In this document: positions 49,014-61,888 of the stretch, piece after piece | Layout: every line of letters starts with the position of its first letter | Position numbering within the stretch: the first letter of the stretch is position 1 | Source of the DNA: Lama guanicoe | Taxonomy: Eukaryota | Direction: 5' to 3' | Length of the DNA stretch: 64,000 nucleotides | Assembly (NCBI GenBank): GCA_013239625.1 | Contig: MU053934.1 | Span: 10,187,352 to 10,251,351 of the forward strand | The notes under the pieces: generated by a model | The model's input: only the letters and a program-made list of their open reading frames with translations | What the model was told of the DNA's origin: nothing | Database searches by the model: none | Program-made: the position numbers and the translations under genes

Positions 49014-49939
49014 AGAGCTGGGGTGTCTGGAGCACCCCCGGCTGACCCTGCCACGGGACCACAGGTCACAGGGGTGACAGTGCACAGTGGCACTGTGGCC
49101 TCTTGAGGCTGGACCCCAGGGCCCTCCTCAGGGGCCCCTGTGGGGGACGGGGAGCCTGTGGCAGGAGAGCCCCGCGGCCGCACATTTAGGGAGCTTGTGA
49201 CTCCGGGGCCCGCTGGCTCCGGGGCGGCCAGGGGTGCTCGGCCCGCGCCCTCTGCTCGCCCAGGGCTTGCTGAGCCTCGGCGGCCCCTCCCCGTCTTTGG
49301 GCCTCACGCACGTTCTCTCGAATTGCTTGTCTGTGGAAAAGCAGCCGCCAGCGTGGCTTCTACTTATTGTAACGCTGGCAGGCCAGGCATGGTGGCCCTG
49401 GCTCCGGGCTCATGGGCCTCTATTCCCAGAGCCCAGGGCCTGCCCCTTGGGTGTCTCCCTGCAGCGGCCGGTGCCCCGGGTGCAGGGGTAGGTCTGGGGG
49501 CCGCACCCCCTCCCCGTGTCCCTGGCTGCACTTCATGCTTGAGGCCTGGTGGGCACAGGTGCCTGCAGGGCCCAGGATCCGTGACCCCGAGGCCCAGCCC
49601 CTCACCCGCAGGCCCTGGGACAGAAGCCACCTTTTTGTCTGAGCTGCTTGACTCCCTCCCAGACCATGGGAGTCGGTATGCGTGTGCCCTGTTGCAGAGG
49701 GCGCTGGCCCCTGACACGCTGTCTGGGGTGGGCACTGGGGCTCCTGTCCCGCTGCGTCAGCCTCTCCCACGTGTCCTGCCTCCCGTGCGTGGGGCGTGCC
49801 TGCACCAGAGGGGCCCTGCTGCAGAGGAGCCGCCCAGAGGGTTCCGCACACGCAGGCCTCCGGAGGCGCGGGACGCTGACGTGCGGTTTCTGGGTTGTGG
49901 CTCTCCTTCACGAGGTGGTATTAGGGCGCCAGCCACATT

Positions 49940-50349
49940 GCCTCTGCGGTTCAGGGTCTTCTGTGGTTCCGGACACAATTTAGGTTTGTTTTCCTATTTC
50001 TGGGACAAACGCCCTTGGAACTTTGGTAGGGAACGCCTCGAGTCTGTGGCCCGCTTTGGGTGACCCGGACACTTCCACAGTGTTAGTTCTTGCAGCCTGT
50101 GAATGTGGAATGTCTTTCCGTTGCTTTACGTCCTCTTCGATTCCATTCATCAACAGTTTGTACTCTTGAGTACACAGAGCTTACGCTTCCTCGGTTAAAT
50201 TTATTCCTATGCATTTTACTCTTTTTGATACAGCTGTAAATGGGATTGCTTTCTTAATTTCTTTCTCCAGTAGTTCGTTGTTAGCGTATAGAGATGCAGC
50301 TGATTTTTGTATATTGTTTTTCTTTAATCCTGTAACTTTACTGAATTTA
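49940..50349 (-). mobile_element. L1 ORF2 RT-region fragment (antisense)
   Basis: 'gggtcttctgtggttcc', 'ggttaaatttattccta', 'tgtaaatgggattgctttcttaatttc'. ORF 50181..50369(-) reads NIQKSAASLYANNELLEKEIKKAIPFTAVSKRVKCIGINLTEE. Confidence 0.92.
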
Positions 50350-50540
50350 CCCAAAGGAAATGAAATCATCGCGGAGAGAGACCTGCACCCTCATGTCCAT
50401 GGCAGCATGATTCGCAGCAGCCAAGATACAGGGCCACCTAGGTGTCCATCGATGGATGGCAGGATGAAGACATCGGGCGGGGTGTGTGTACACATCCACA
50501 GAGGATAAAATTACATTTGGCCTTTAAAGGAGGGAAGTCC
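50345..50540 (+). mobile_element. L1 ORF2 C-terminal fragment (sense), fused to the antisense piece
   Basis: 'tttacccaaaggaaatgaaatca...ctgcaccctcatgtccatggcagca...agccaagata...cctaggtgtccatcgatggatg'. Confidence 0.85.
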
Positions 50541-50689
50541 ATGGGCGTGGCCGGGATGGCTTAGGGAAGGCCAGGGGAGAGGAGGAGGTGCGGCCGGAGG
50601 GAGGGGCGCCCCCCAGGCAGGAGAGGACCGTCCGGAGCTCGGAGCCGGGGAGGGAGGCTCCTGAGAGGCAGAAGGTCCGAGGGTGACAG

Positions 50690-50842
50690 GAACACCCAGG
50701 AGTGGCCTCTGGCCTCGTGGGTTCTCAGCGCTTGAGAAACATGATTAGTGTGACTGAAGAACTGCATTTTACATTTCATCTTCCTTCACTTGGGTGTAAC
50801 CTGAATAGGCCCCCAGGGAGTGGCTGCCCGTGGTGGGTGCAG
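50690..50842. mobile_element. MER3-like hAT MITE fragment
   Basis: 'agcgcttgagaaacatgattagtgtgactgaagaactgcatttt' and the end 'agtggctgcccgtggtgggtgcag'. Confidence 0.65.
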
Positions 50843-52420
50843 TTGTGCGAGGGGCTGGTGGAGTCAGTGGGGCAGGGACTTCAGCTGGCTCTGAGCTGAC
50901 CACGAGGAGATGGACTGGTTGGAGGCCCCCCGCCGAGGATAGGGGCCTGGGAGGGCGGCCGCGCAGTGGAAGACCCTGAGCTGGCTGGTGGTGGTGGGAG
51001 GGGTGCAGATCCCGGGAGGTGGCGGAGGATGCTGCCGGCCTGTCCCTCTGTCCCCGGGGCCCTGTGAGGCTGACCCAGAAGTGACTGTGCCCCTGGGATG
51101 CATCTTGGAGTGAGAAGGAATGTCAGCACTTTCTGAAAGGAAACGTCAGGGCCAGGGCCTGAGAGTGGTGGCGTCTTCTCTGAATTCTAGAACTTCCTTC
51201 CCGGAAACACCTGCACTCTGACTGAGGTCTTACCTTCCCTGGGTGACACTTGGGGCGTGAGCCTGGGGAGTCGGGCCCCTGGGTCATGGGAGGGGGTGTC
51301 ACAGCCTTGCGTCCACGTGGAGGTGACTGCGCGTGTGGCTGTGCGATGACAGAGGACGGGGAGGACGCCGGCGGTGCTGAGGGCCCCTCGGAGGGCACGT
51401 TTCCCACAGGCTAGTGATTGTGTCTCAAGGCGAGGGAAGACTTCCTTTGGCCAGGTGAGTGTCACACGGTGACGTCATTGGCTTTGGGTATTTGTTAAAT
51501 TCCTTCCTAGTGGCGTCCACAGGTCGCTTGAATCCTAAGTAAGACACTGGCGCTGCCCACGTCCCCGAGTGCATCCTTAGGGCTGGCTGTGAGCGCGGGA
51601 GGCCAAGTGCGGACAGCGCTCTGGGGTGTGGCTTTGGATCTGCTCGTTCAGTCACCGTGCCCTCTCGGGCGACCCCTTGGGGCAGGGCCGTCTCCCGGAG
51701 GCTCACGACAGGCTCGCTGGTACCCGGGCCTTTGGCCCCAAGGCCTCGGTGCACGCGCTTTCGGAGGCACATGGCTTGAAGGCATTTTGTGCTAGTGAAG
51801 CTCCGAATCGCCCACTTGCTCCAGACGGAGCAGAGGACACTGCCTGTGAGCTGTTGGAATCTCCATCCCATCCCAGTGCTGCCCTCAGAGCCTCAGGTGA
51901 GCCCCGTTCCTGAAGCTCAGCCCCTGGGGTCGCTGTGCAGGTGGGAGGAGGTGTTTCTGATGCAGAGGTTGGCCCACGGTTCTGTGAAGGGCTGGGTGGG
52001 CCTTGTTCGGGGGCTGGGGGCTGGGGGCTGTGTGGGCTGTTGCAGTCGGGCTGTGCAGTGGTCCAGGAGTGCGTGGCATGGGCCTGTGCCAGGGGACTTC
52101 ACGGGGAGGCGGGTGCTTGCCTGCTCTGAGGCTAGAAGGTGCCCAGCACACTGTGGGTGCTAGAAAGGAGCACCATTTTTCCCTCACCGCATCTCAGCTG
52201 CAGAGCTGTCCAGACTCTGGGTCCTACTGCTGGGCTCTCGCTGCTACCAGCCAGGCGTTGCAGAAATTGGATCTGGGATCTCGGAGCCCTGGTGACTTGC
52301 CCAAGCCCCTCCCTCCACGTGGTCTTACATTATTTATGTGCCTGTGAGCCTGGGACTTGTGGTTCTCTGACTCCCATGTGGCAGGCTCTGAGGGAAGCCC
52401 CTGCTGGCCCTGGGCTGAGA

Positions 52421-52462
52421 CCGCGAGAGGCCCTGAGCCGAGCCCGCGAGAGGCCCTGAGCC
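52421..52462. repeat. Direct repeat CCGCGAGAGGCCCTGAGCC x2 (period 23)
   Basis: Copies at 52421-52439 and 52444-52462. Confidence 0.9.
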
Positions 52463-53029
52463 AGCAGACCCAGCCGAACCCGGGTCTGACCTGCGGGAAC
52501 AGCAAGAGAAGGGACGCCTGCCCTGCTCTGTTTGACCTTGGTTACACGGCGAGAGGAAATGAATACGCAGAGTCTTGGTGTCAGTAGCGCAGACTGGAGA
52601 CCGGGAGCGGGTAGGAAGACGCCCGGGAGCCCCGGGAGGGCCGGGAGCTGCGGCCCGGCCCGAGGCGCCCTCCGGAGATGCGTGGGCAGGAGGCGCGCGG
52701 GCAGGAGGTGCGAGGTGGCTGCCGTCAGTGACAGCGGGAGGCAGACACAGCCCTCGCCTGGGCCCTCGCTCGTCGCAGACCTGCCCGTGGCGTCCAGCAC
52801 AGCGTGGGCACCACTGATGCTTTTAAAGGGAAAAGATTTGTTTTGCAAAGATTGAGGGGGTGGGTGCATCTTCCCAGAAACAGTTTCGAATTTGGAGCTC
52901 AGCCTGTCAGTCCATGGAATTGCAGTGAAGCTCTGACTGGAAATGCAGGGTGGCTCTACTAACAGTTTTCTGAGCCCAAAGGGGGCGTACCTTCTGATGT
53001 TGTATGTGCCTCTGTCTTTACTTCTGTCC

Positions 53030-53480
53030 ACCCATCTGCTCCTCCATCCGTCCACCCACCAGGTACAATCGGAACCCTGGTCTGGACAACGGCAACAAAG
53101 CCTCGGGCCTCCACTGCGACTCCTGAGGCACCCGCCCCCTGGGTGTCTGCAGCCTCGGGTGGGGGCACCGCGGGACGTCAGTTCAGCCCGGGCAGGAAGC
53201 GCTGTGATGGACGTGACGAAGGAGGGAGGGGACTGGGGGCACCGCACCTGCCCAGGGGTGCTGAGGCTTCCCTGGGGCACGTCTCAGCTGGACCTTGAGG
53301 GTCAGGAGGGTGATGGGGATTCAGCTCTGTGAGGGCAGGGCCTTGCACCGAGGGCGGGACCCAGAGCCCTACTCCAGGAGTGCTTGCAGTGCGAAGTGGG
53401 GCGGCCTCCCTGGAGGAGAGGGTGTGTTCCAGGGCTGGAGGAGTCGGGTGGGCATGGCCTGCGCCGTGGAGGCTGAGCTG
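53030..53480 (-). mobile_element. L2 3' fragment
   Basis: CCAT-like tail, then 'aagcgctgtgatgga...gggcacc..acctg...aggcttccctggggcacgtctcagctggaccttgaggg'. Confidence 0.5.
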
Positions 53481-53674
53481 GGTGCGGCTGTACCGGGGCT
53501 GTTTGGGAGCCGTGGCGGCACAGGACCTGCTCAGCTCAGCGGGGCCGTGGGAGGGTCAGGCCCACGGTCTCTTCCATGGGGGTGGACCAGCTCTGTTCAT
53601 GTTGGTGCTTTCACTCCTGCAAACCTTTGTTTCCTGCCTGTAAAGGAAACAGTGCTGTTCTTGTGGCCACACTG

Positions 53675-53736
53675 CCAGCCCCACCTGTGAGGGTCACCTG
53701 CTGCTGTACCGGCGTCTCCAGCCCCACCTGTGAGGG
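53675..53736. repeat. Direct repeat CCAGCCCCACCTGTGAGGG x2 (period 43)
   Basis: Copies at 53675-53693 and 53718-53736. Confidence 0.88.
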
Positions 53737-55300
53737 GGCCCGTGGCTGCAGTCACGCCTGCCTCCAGGCCCAGGTGAAGGTCAGGGGGTGGGTGGTGTTG
53801 GTGCCAGGCCTTCAGCCCTCGGTCAGCCCCACTGCTCAACCCGGCTCTGTCTCCTAGTCGTGTGTGACTTAGCGATGGGGGAGCATTTAAACTGTGTGCA
53901 GGGATCCATCCTCTATCCTGCGGTCTTGCATTTCCCAGGGTCGTGGGGACCTGCTCTCCGGCTCTGGAAGGTGGTCGTGGGCCATCAGACTGCCCAGTAC
54001 CTGCAGAGTGTCTGTCGCTGTGCCTGGGTGGGGAGCACCCAGTGTGTGCCAGAGCCGCGTGGTTCTCTGGAACCTTCCAGGGCACCACAGGCGCCTGACT
54101 CACCCTCAGTGAACCAGGTGGTGGGGAAGCTGATGGATTGGGTTAATCTAATAAAACTGGAGAAGCAGATCTCCTTACAACATACTTTTTCATAAGCCCA
54201 TTAAGATTTGAGGTCGTTAGCTTTTCATGTGGGCCCTCCTACAGGAGGCAGGCATAGATCACTGTCAGCTGGGGAAGGATTTAGAAATGAGAATATTCAG
54301 CAAGACTGTGCTCCCTGCTGATAAGTTTGCAGGGAGGAGCCGGGAGGGGGTGTGCCCACCCTTGCAGGGTGGCAATAAAGACAGTGGCCTGGGGATTTAG
54401 AGGCAGTATTTAGAGGAGTATCTAGGATGTCCTTCGTGACTCTAGGACTTTCTTTCTTCATGTTTTAATAAGATTGGGTTTTGCCAGAGCTTTCTCGGGG
54501 CTTGGGGACTGGGGGAAGATTTCTTCCCTCTGCAGGCCTGGTTCACAGCGGCACGGCTGGCCTGGTGTCCAGGGCCCGGAGGTTTGGTCCGGGCACTTTC
54601 TGGGACTGGAATCACCTGCAGGTGGGACACCTGTCAGCTTCCACTCGGGTGCCGCTTCGGGCAGGCCTCTGTCCTTTTGCGGGTGAAATTCCGAGTTGTC
54701 GTCGGAACAAGAAAAGTAATGTTCTCACATCGTGGTCTCTGATTTTAATTTTATAAAGATGGAAATCTTCATTATTTCTGAAAAGTCATTTGCTGAGCGA
54801 CTGTAACCTGCGTCGGCCAAGCAGCAGGCCACGCAGGCAGCCGCTGGTCCGCGGCCGGGTGGACGCGGCGGGACGGCAGGCAGCTGGGTCTCACGGATGC
54901 GGATGCCTCTGCTGAGCCGTCGGTGCAGGCGGGAGGGCGAAGGGCTCCCCGATTGTCCGGTGCCCAGCCCGCTCCCGGCAGGGGCTGCCCAGAGGCCAGG
55001 GACGCCGCCGCCCTAATCCGCAGTCTGAATGAGCTCCTTATCTGTCCTCGCTCTGAAGTAGACAGGGATTCCTAGCTAATTCTGGAGCTGAATTTAATGG
55101 CAAGGAAGCCTTCTAAGAAGTGATAAAAGTTCTTTTCTAACAGTGAGAGCGCGCGCCCCACGGCCCTGTTGTTACCTGGCAGGCGGGCTTTCCGCTGCGT
55201 CCTCCCCTGCAGGCCGCTGGCCCCGCGTCCCTGGTCTCTGCTGTGCGCCGGGCGGAGGCGGGGAGGCAGGGCCCCTGGGATGTGCGCTCGGGAGGCCGCT

Positions 55301-55331
55301 CCGTGTGCCGTGTGCCGTGTGCCGTGTGCCG
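55301..55331. repeat. Heptamer repeat (CCGTGTG)x4
   Basis: Directly visible. Confidence 0.92.
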
Positions 55332-57567
55332 GCAGCTGGTGCAGGACGTGGAGCTGGTAAAACACGCTGGGTGGCGGGTTAGCGTCCCCGAGCGAGTGCA
55401 GCTCCGGGTGGCGGCCCTGGAAGGCTGTGAGGAGGGGCTCTCCCGCCCCCTGGGCACCAGGTGGCAGTGCGGGTGTGGGGTCCCGCGGCCCTGCCTTGCT
55501 TAGGCCGTGCCTTCTTCCTGCTGCAAAATCTCCCGTATGTTCACTGGCCCCGGCAGGACCTCCGTTCAGCAGCCTGGACTTGCCCCCATCTGGAGGCCAA
55601 GGGGGCTGGCCTCTCCCCTGGGCCGCCTGGGCTGGACTTGACTGTGGAAGTGGGTTGAGGGCAACGGGAAGGACTTGGCTGCCTGTCCCTTAAATGCAGG
55701 CCAGACTGCTGTCAGCCTGGAGGATGAAGGAAAGAACGGAGACCGGCGAAGAGGGTCTCTGCTCCTTGGACAGGGGTGTTTCATCGGAGCCGGCTCCCCA
55801 TGGCGGCCGAGAAAGGAGGCCCAGGGTGGGGCCTGCCACTCCTTGGTGTGAGGGTGCTTTGTGGCGAGCACTTCCTGGGGTCAGCTGGGCCCTGGCATGT
55901 TGCTCTGGAAAGGACAGATTTCATCGTTGTCAGGAGGGGTGGGGGCATTGGCTCCAGGTGTGGCACGGCCCCCGTGCTTCCTAGGTGGGTGTGGGGTGGC
56001 AGGACCAGCGAGGGGCGGGAGCTGGGCCTGGTATGTTCTGCAGTGTGTCCACTGACTCTGTCTCGCCCTCTGCCCCTGGTTACCCAGGCCTCCTTACCAG
56101 GCAGAGGGCAAAGGGCAAAGGGCAAGGTGGACGTGGCGTCTGAGACAGGAGTGATGGCCGCTGCCAGTGTGAGGGCTGGGGACAAGCAGAGTCACGTAGG
56201 CACCAGGACACTACCCTCCACCCCCTCAGACCCTGCTCGGGCCCCGAAGCCACGCCCCTGCGGACCCACACGCAGGGACTTGAGTGGGGAGTGCTCCGGC
56301 CCCACCTGCCTCCTCGCCCTGGGAGTGCCTGAGGGGGGTGGCATGGGGGCTGTCTGATTTACTGACCCCAGGGCCTGGTGGCACCTGCTGCCCCTCAGTC
56401 AGGGGCCGTGCTGAGGGGGGCGCATCGCTGCCATCGGTGCAGGGCACTCCTCCCGACCTGCCCTGGGTCTATACAGGGCGCTCCTCCTGACCACCTGCCC
56501 TGGGTTTATACACATTCCTTTAAGGCTCTGGCATTGCCTGGTGATTACCTTGATGTTTATGTTTTCTGGAAGAAATCCAGCACATAAAGTTACCTAAGAA
56601 CTGCTTTCAAGAGCTTGGCCTGTGTTTCCCATGTGTGGGGAGTGTTCTCAAGGTTTCCAGTCCAACTTTCTGTGACCTTCTGTTCGTGACCGCGAGGAGA
56701 GGCAGTGCTCTGCCTGGGGCCCTGGGGGTCACTCTGTGTGGCCGGCAGTCTCGCTCCTTCCTGGGCCCTGGGGTCAGGCTTCGTGATGTTGGACGCCGAC
56801 CTGGGCCAGCCATTGGCTGCCTCCCTGTGTGAGTCCCGAGATTTCCACACATTCACCTCCCAGCTCCTCTGCAGGCCTCTTCCCACGTGAGTGCTGTGCT
56901 CGGAACAGCTCCCCGGGAGAGGCGGGCCTCACCTGGGCTCACCCAAGGTCGTCCAGGCGGCCTTGGCCGGTGCCAGTTGGTTTGCCTAAATGAACCTGCA
57001 GACCGTGATGGAATTCCCGACAGGCCTCCTTCACTGCTTGTTCTCTAAAATTTCATGTTTTCTTATTTCACCTGAGAGTGTGTTGTGGAAACTGTGGAGA
57101 AAGGAAAATCCTCCCCCTCGGGTAGCTCCAGCCCGACACCGAGAGCTGCTGGGCTCGCGGCAGGGCTCCTCTCTGCCCCTGCCCAGGGATGCTTTAAACG
57201 TGGTGATCACGCGTGAGGTGCAGGCGCACTCCTGCGCGTGCCGTGCTCCCCGTCCGATGTCTCCACCCCCGTGGCTCCCAGCCTTTGTAGCTGGCGCTTC
57301 AGGTGGGCGCGCAGTGAGTATCCTGCCCTGTGGATGTATTACTGTCTGCTTAAGGGTGGTGGGCCGTCTGCAGGGCCCTTGTGACCGTGATGTGATTTCT
57401 GCTTTAAGCTATTTCTGTGTTAATAGTCCCTGAAGACAGATTCGGGGTGAATGGGCATGGCGTGTCCAGGGTCCCTGATGCCAGTTGCTTTGTGGAGCGT
57501 CACGTGTAGGTTGCGGCCAGCGGCATGGTCTTCAGCCTTGTGAGAATCGGGCATTTTAATTAACGTC

Positions 57568-58278
57568 ATTTTTCTTTTCTTTTTAATAATTGAAGTCTAG
57601 TCAGTTTACAATGTTGTGTCAATTTCTGGTGCACAGCGTGATGTTTCCGTCGTGGATGTACATACGTACATGTTCCTTTTCATATTCTTTTTCATCGTAG
57701 GTCGCTGCAAGGTATTGAATATAGTTCCCTGTGCTCTGCGGTAGAAACTTGTTGTTTATCTATTTTATATACAGTAGTTAGTATCTGCAAATCCTGAAAT
57801 CTCAATTTACCCCTTTCCCGCCCCCTTCCCTGGAAACCAGAAGTCTGTTCTCTAAGTCTGTGAGTCTGTTTCTGTTTTGTAAACAAGTCCATTTGTGTCA
57901 TTTTGTTTTAGGTTCCACATGACTGACATCACACGGTGTTTGTCTTTGACTTACTTCGCTTAGCATGATCATCTCTAGGTCCATCCATNNNNNNNNNNNN
58001 NNNNNNNNNNNNNNNNNNNNNNNNNNNNNNNNNNNNNNNNNNNNNNNNNNNNNNNNNNNNNNNNNNNNNNNNNNNNNNNNNNNNNNNNNNNNNNNNNNNN
58101 NNNNNNNNNNNNNNNNNNNNNNNNNNNNNNNNNNNNNNNNNNNNNNNNNNNNNTCTTTCAGAATGAGAGTTCCCTCCGGATGTGTGCCCAGGAGCGGGAC
58201 TGCTCGATCACACGGTAACTCTGTTTTTGGCTTTTTAGGGAACGTCCACATTGCTTTCCGTAATGGCTGCACCAGCTG
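57568..58278 (-). mobile_element. 5'-truncated L1 (3'UTR plus ORF2 end), camelid-like subfamily, containing an assembly gap
   Basis: T-rich tail, then 'attgaagtctagtcagtttacaatgttgtgtcaatttctggtg', 'tattgaatatagttccctgtgct', 'gacttacttcgcttagcatgat.atctctaggtccatccat' and, after the gap, 'tgcccaggagcgggactgct.gatca'. Confidence 0.93.
57989..58153. other. Assembly gap (165 N)
   Basis: Run of N bases. Confidence 1.
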
Positions 58279-58559
58279 CAATGTTGCTTTTCTTTTGCCT
58301 GAGCACTGGCGGTAACCTCTTGATTCTGTTTCTGTATCTGTGGTTACTGTTAGATTTCTGAAGTTCGGGTGTATCTAGCAGCTTGCTGTGCTGCATTTCA
58401 AGGTAACCTTTTTCTTCACCCATAGTTCCTTGGTGGACATGTTTAAACTCCAGGGGATCCGCTGGTTGTACCCACTGCTGCAGCCAGTGTTCGTCTGGAC
58501 CCTGGGCTGTGACCTGCAGGGTCCCAGGTGCTGAGCTGTACCTGCAGGAAGGCACGAGG

Positions 58560-58800
58560 GTCAGGGAGCTATGGTCTGTCTAAAACACAAAATAGTCCTA
58601 GGAGATGGTTCCTAAGGGCAGGGAGGGACGCAGAAGGGTTTGGAGCCAGGGAGAGGGCGCTCGGGGGAAGGGTGGCTCAGGAAGTGCTCTGTGGGGGAGG
58701 AGGCATTTGGGTGGGACTAGAGGACCAGGCTGGAGGGGTGACATGCAGGGCGAGGGGGGAGGTGGTGGGACAGCTGGGAGGAGCTGTGGTCTGTCTGCGT
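58560..58800 (-). mobile_element. L2 fragment
   Basis: 'caggaagtgctctgtgggggaggaggcatttgggtgggactagagga' resembles the antisense L2 3' region. Confidence 0.35.
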
Positions 58801-61800
58801 GTCTGCCTGTGGGCAGGCGCTGCTCTTGGGAAGGCTAGGGGTCCCTGTGGTGACTTCTCCTCCTCTGGGGGCTGGGGATTGTTGCAAAAGGATGGGGGAG
58901 GGGCAGCAGAGAGGAGTTCCCATCTTGGCCTCAGCAGAAAATTCCAGTACTCTTGATGGTCTGTGAATACATAAGCCTTGCATTTTCCAGACTAGAGCAG
59001 ATTCTCGTACAGTCATATTTTATCAGGGAAGGTGCGTGGTTATGTGTAATTAAATGACTTTATTTTTAAATCTTTGTAAGATTTTTCATATTCTCAGATG
59101 TGCACTTTTGGAAAATACCCTTCCAGGCCTTAGGAGCTTGTTTCGGTCCGAGGACCATGGTCCTGAGCCTGCACCGTGGCTCCCCTGGGACCTGTGCTCG
59201 CCCAGTGCTGCGCTCCCTGACCGGAGCCACCTCCCGGGGGGCCTCGTTCACTGGAGCTGGAATCCAGGGTGCTCTGCAGCTCAGAAGCTCCCCATCTGAT
59301 GGAGCACCGCTGGGCAGCCTGTGCCGGGTCCCTGCGCTGGGCTGTGCGGGGCTCTGGTGGAGGGGACCCTGTGTCCTGAGGGGGGAGGGTGAGACGGTGC
59401 AGGCGGGTGCGGGCACCTCGGGGGCACCTCTCCTTCCTACCCTACCCCTTCCTCTCCTGCTCCTTCTCTGCTCCTCTTTTATTCTTATCGACATAGGGCA
59501 GTGTCCCGCTTTACCTTGTGCTCAGGAGCCAGGTTTTCCTCTACGGTACTGTCCTGGCCGCCTGCGATTTCAGTCTCAGGCTTGCAGACCGTCCCTAGGC
59601 TGCGGGGGCCGAGGGCAGCGCTCACTGGGCGACACGGTCTCCGGAGGCCGGGAGCATGAGCGGGCAGCACAGGGCGGTGCCCGTCAGCGCTCGGGAGACT
59701 CGCTGGCCCCGCCGCGCCCCTGACACCGAGCAGTGCCTCGGAAGGTCCGTGAGTCACTTTGCCGCACGCACCTCCACAGCCCCGCTGAGACCGTCACAGG
59801 TGCCCCGGGAGCTGAGTTTGGAGGGACCGTGGGACGCTTCTAACCTGGTCGCTTGTCCTTGCGAATGCTTATTTAGACCAGCCTGCATTTGTTTTGAAGA
59901 CTGGAGTCCACCAGGTAATATCAAATCATTTACGGGCCCAGAGGTCCAGCTGGTGATTCTGCCACTCTCTCCCAGTTAGGGCACTGTTCCCAGTAAAGGA
60001 GACCACCTCCCTTCCCAGTCTGGAAGCCAGAGATGGGAGCCATCCATTCCCCACCCTTGTCACCTGTCACCAAGCCCCCTCTCCAGACCCTTCTCCCGTC
60101 CAGCCGCCGTCAGGTCTCCTGATTGGTTGTCTTGCTGCTGCCCTGCCCTGGGTGGCTGGCTCTGGAGGACATGGGTCCGGCTGGCTGTGCCCTCATTGAC
60201 CCCTGGCGGGAGCCCGGGGGCATGTCCCCCCCACCCCAGGCGATGGACAGATCGCCCTGTGGCCCCAGGCCCCGCCTGGCCCGGCCGTTCCCCTCTCCAG
60301 CCTTAACCTCCTTGAAGAGCCGCTCCTGGGTGTCACCGTGCCTTGGGAGCGCCGCTGCGGCCCGCCAGCCCACTTTCTGCCTCGTCATCAGCCCAGTTAC
60401 TGGGCGTCCGGTTGTCGGGCGTGTTCTGTGCCCCCGTCGGCTCCGTTTATCACTGGGCCTGCAGCGGGGGCCCCTCCACCTGCACTGGGGCCCAGCCACC
60501 TTCTGAGGTGGAGTTTCTGCATGTCTTCGCCCCCACAGTGCCCCCTGGTCACCCAGGCGTGGCCGACAGGGTGAAACCCAGCCCGAGTTCTTCCCTGCAG
60601 GGGTTCAGGGAGCCTGTGATGCGCTCATGCTGGTCGACTCTCCAGGCTGGGGTCACCACAGGGCCAGGCTGGCGCAGCCTCCTTCAGCTGCCCTGTGTCC
60701 CCCGGGTCCCAGCTGCCTGGTAGGAGGCCCTGCTGATGCTTCCTGTGCCGTGTGGGGTGCATGTGCAGGGACAGGCAGGCGTGTGGGGTTCTGCTTCACG
60801 TCTGAGATTCGGTGTCCCAGGGCCTGCTGCCTGCGGGCCTGCGGGTGTGTGCGCATTTAGCCTGACAGCATTGAAGGGCGACGTCAGGCTAATAGGGACA
60901 AGGACTTTCCGTTAGGCCATCAGTCTGACATTGGCAAACTTGAGTTTCTTCCTTTCAGTGTATGAACTTGCCCCAGTGGCCGGGACCCGTCCGGTCCAGA
61001 CCCACACCCCTGTTTTGAGCACCCGGTGTTTGCCAGGTGTCATGTCCAGCACTGGCCCCAAGGAGCCTGGGAGCCCCGAACCCCCAGCCTCGGGCCGGAA
61101 GGCGTCGGGCAGCCTGCACAGGGAGCGGGCGCGGCCTCCGAAGGGCACGTCTGCACCAGCCCGGCCACAGGGCGAGATGCTGTGCACAGAGAAGTAGCTG
61201 AATATGCACTAAGTCCAAATTATGTTTGTAAAAAATGTATTACAAGCTTTAATTTCTTGAATATTAAAAATGGGAATATATATGCAAATGCAGTTTAATC
61301 AGCCGTCTGACCTCCCAGCATCCAGCTGCTGGGTGCCTGGTGACGGCAGCTTCCTTCTGGGCAGGGGCCCCGTCCTCCTGTGCGGCCCTGCTCTATTTCC
61401 ATGGCCGGAACTTTCTAGTTGTTGGCCTTTCCGTCCTTGCCTCTCACAGGCCACTCGTCGGATCCCTGACGTCCGGCTGTGTCGTCGTGGGTAGAGGCCC
61501 GTGTGTCAGGGTTGACGGGCTCGCCCTCTCCGGACCCGGGTTCAGATCCCGAGCCCTGCGCCTGCAGCGGAGTGGCCTTGGGCGTGTCTGTGGCCCGGCT
61601 CTCCGCTTGTGTCACACGCCTGCGGCTCAGGCTCCACGTGATCCTTGGGTTCCCCCTCTGGGAGGTGATGGGGGCTGGAGCCCGACCTGTAGCCACAGCT
61701 CCCTCTGTTGGTGGCCGAGGTCCGAGAGTCCCCTCCTAGCCGCCAGCTCCCAGCTGAGGGAGAGCACTCACCACGGCGCCCACCCTCGAGGCCGGTGTGG

Positions 61801-61888
61801 GTCCCTCCCCGTGTCCTCATGCTGGGGTCGCCGCTGTCCTCAGCATCCTGCCTGTCTGGTTCCCGAAGCCTCTTCCACGTGGCTCATG

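Noticed and set aside
54810-55020. CpG-dense patches (also about 12230-12380, 26960-27050, 27640-27820, 52600-52800) as promoter CpG islands
   Set aside because: CpG density is elevated across the whole window, even inside repeats, so these cannot be distinguished from gBGC by-products without methylation or CAGE data.
57989-58153. Gap possibly hiding a novel insert
   Set aside because: Both flanks are collinear L1 sequence and the L1 segment expected between them is about the size of the gap.
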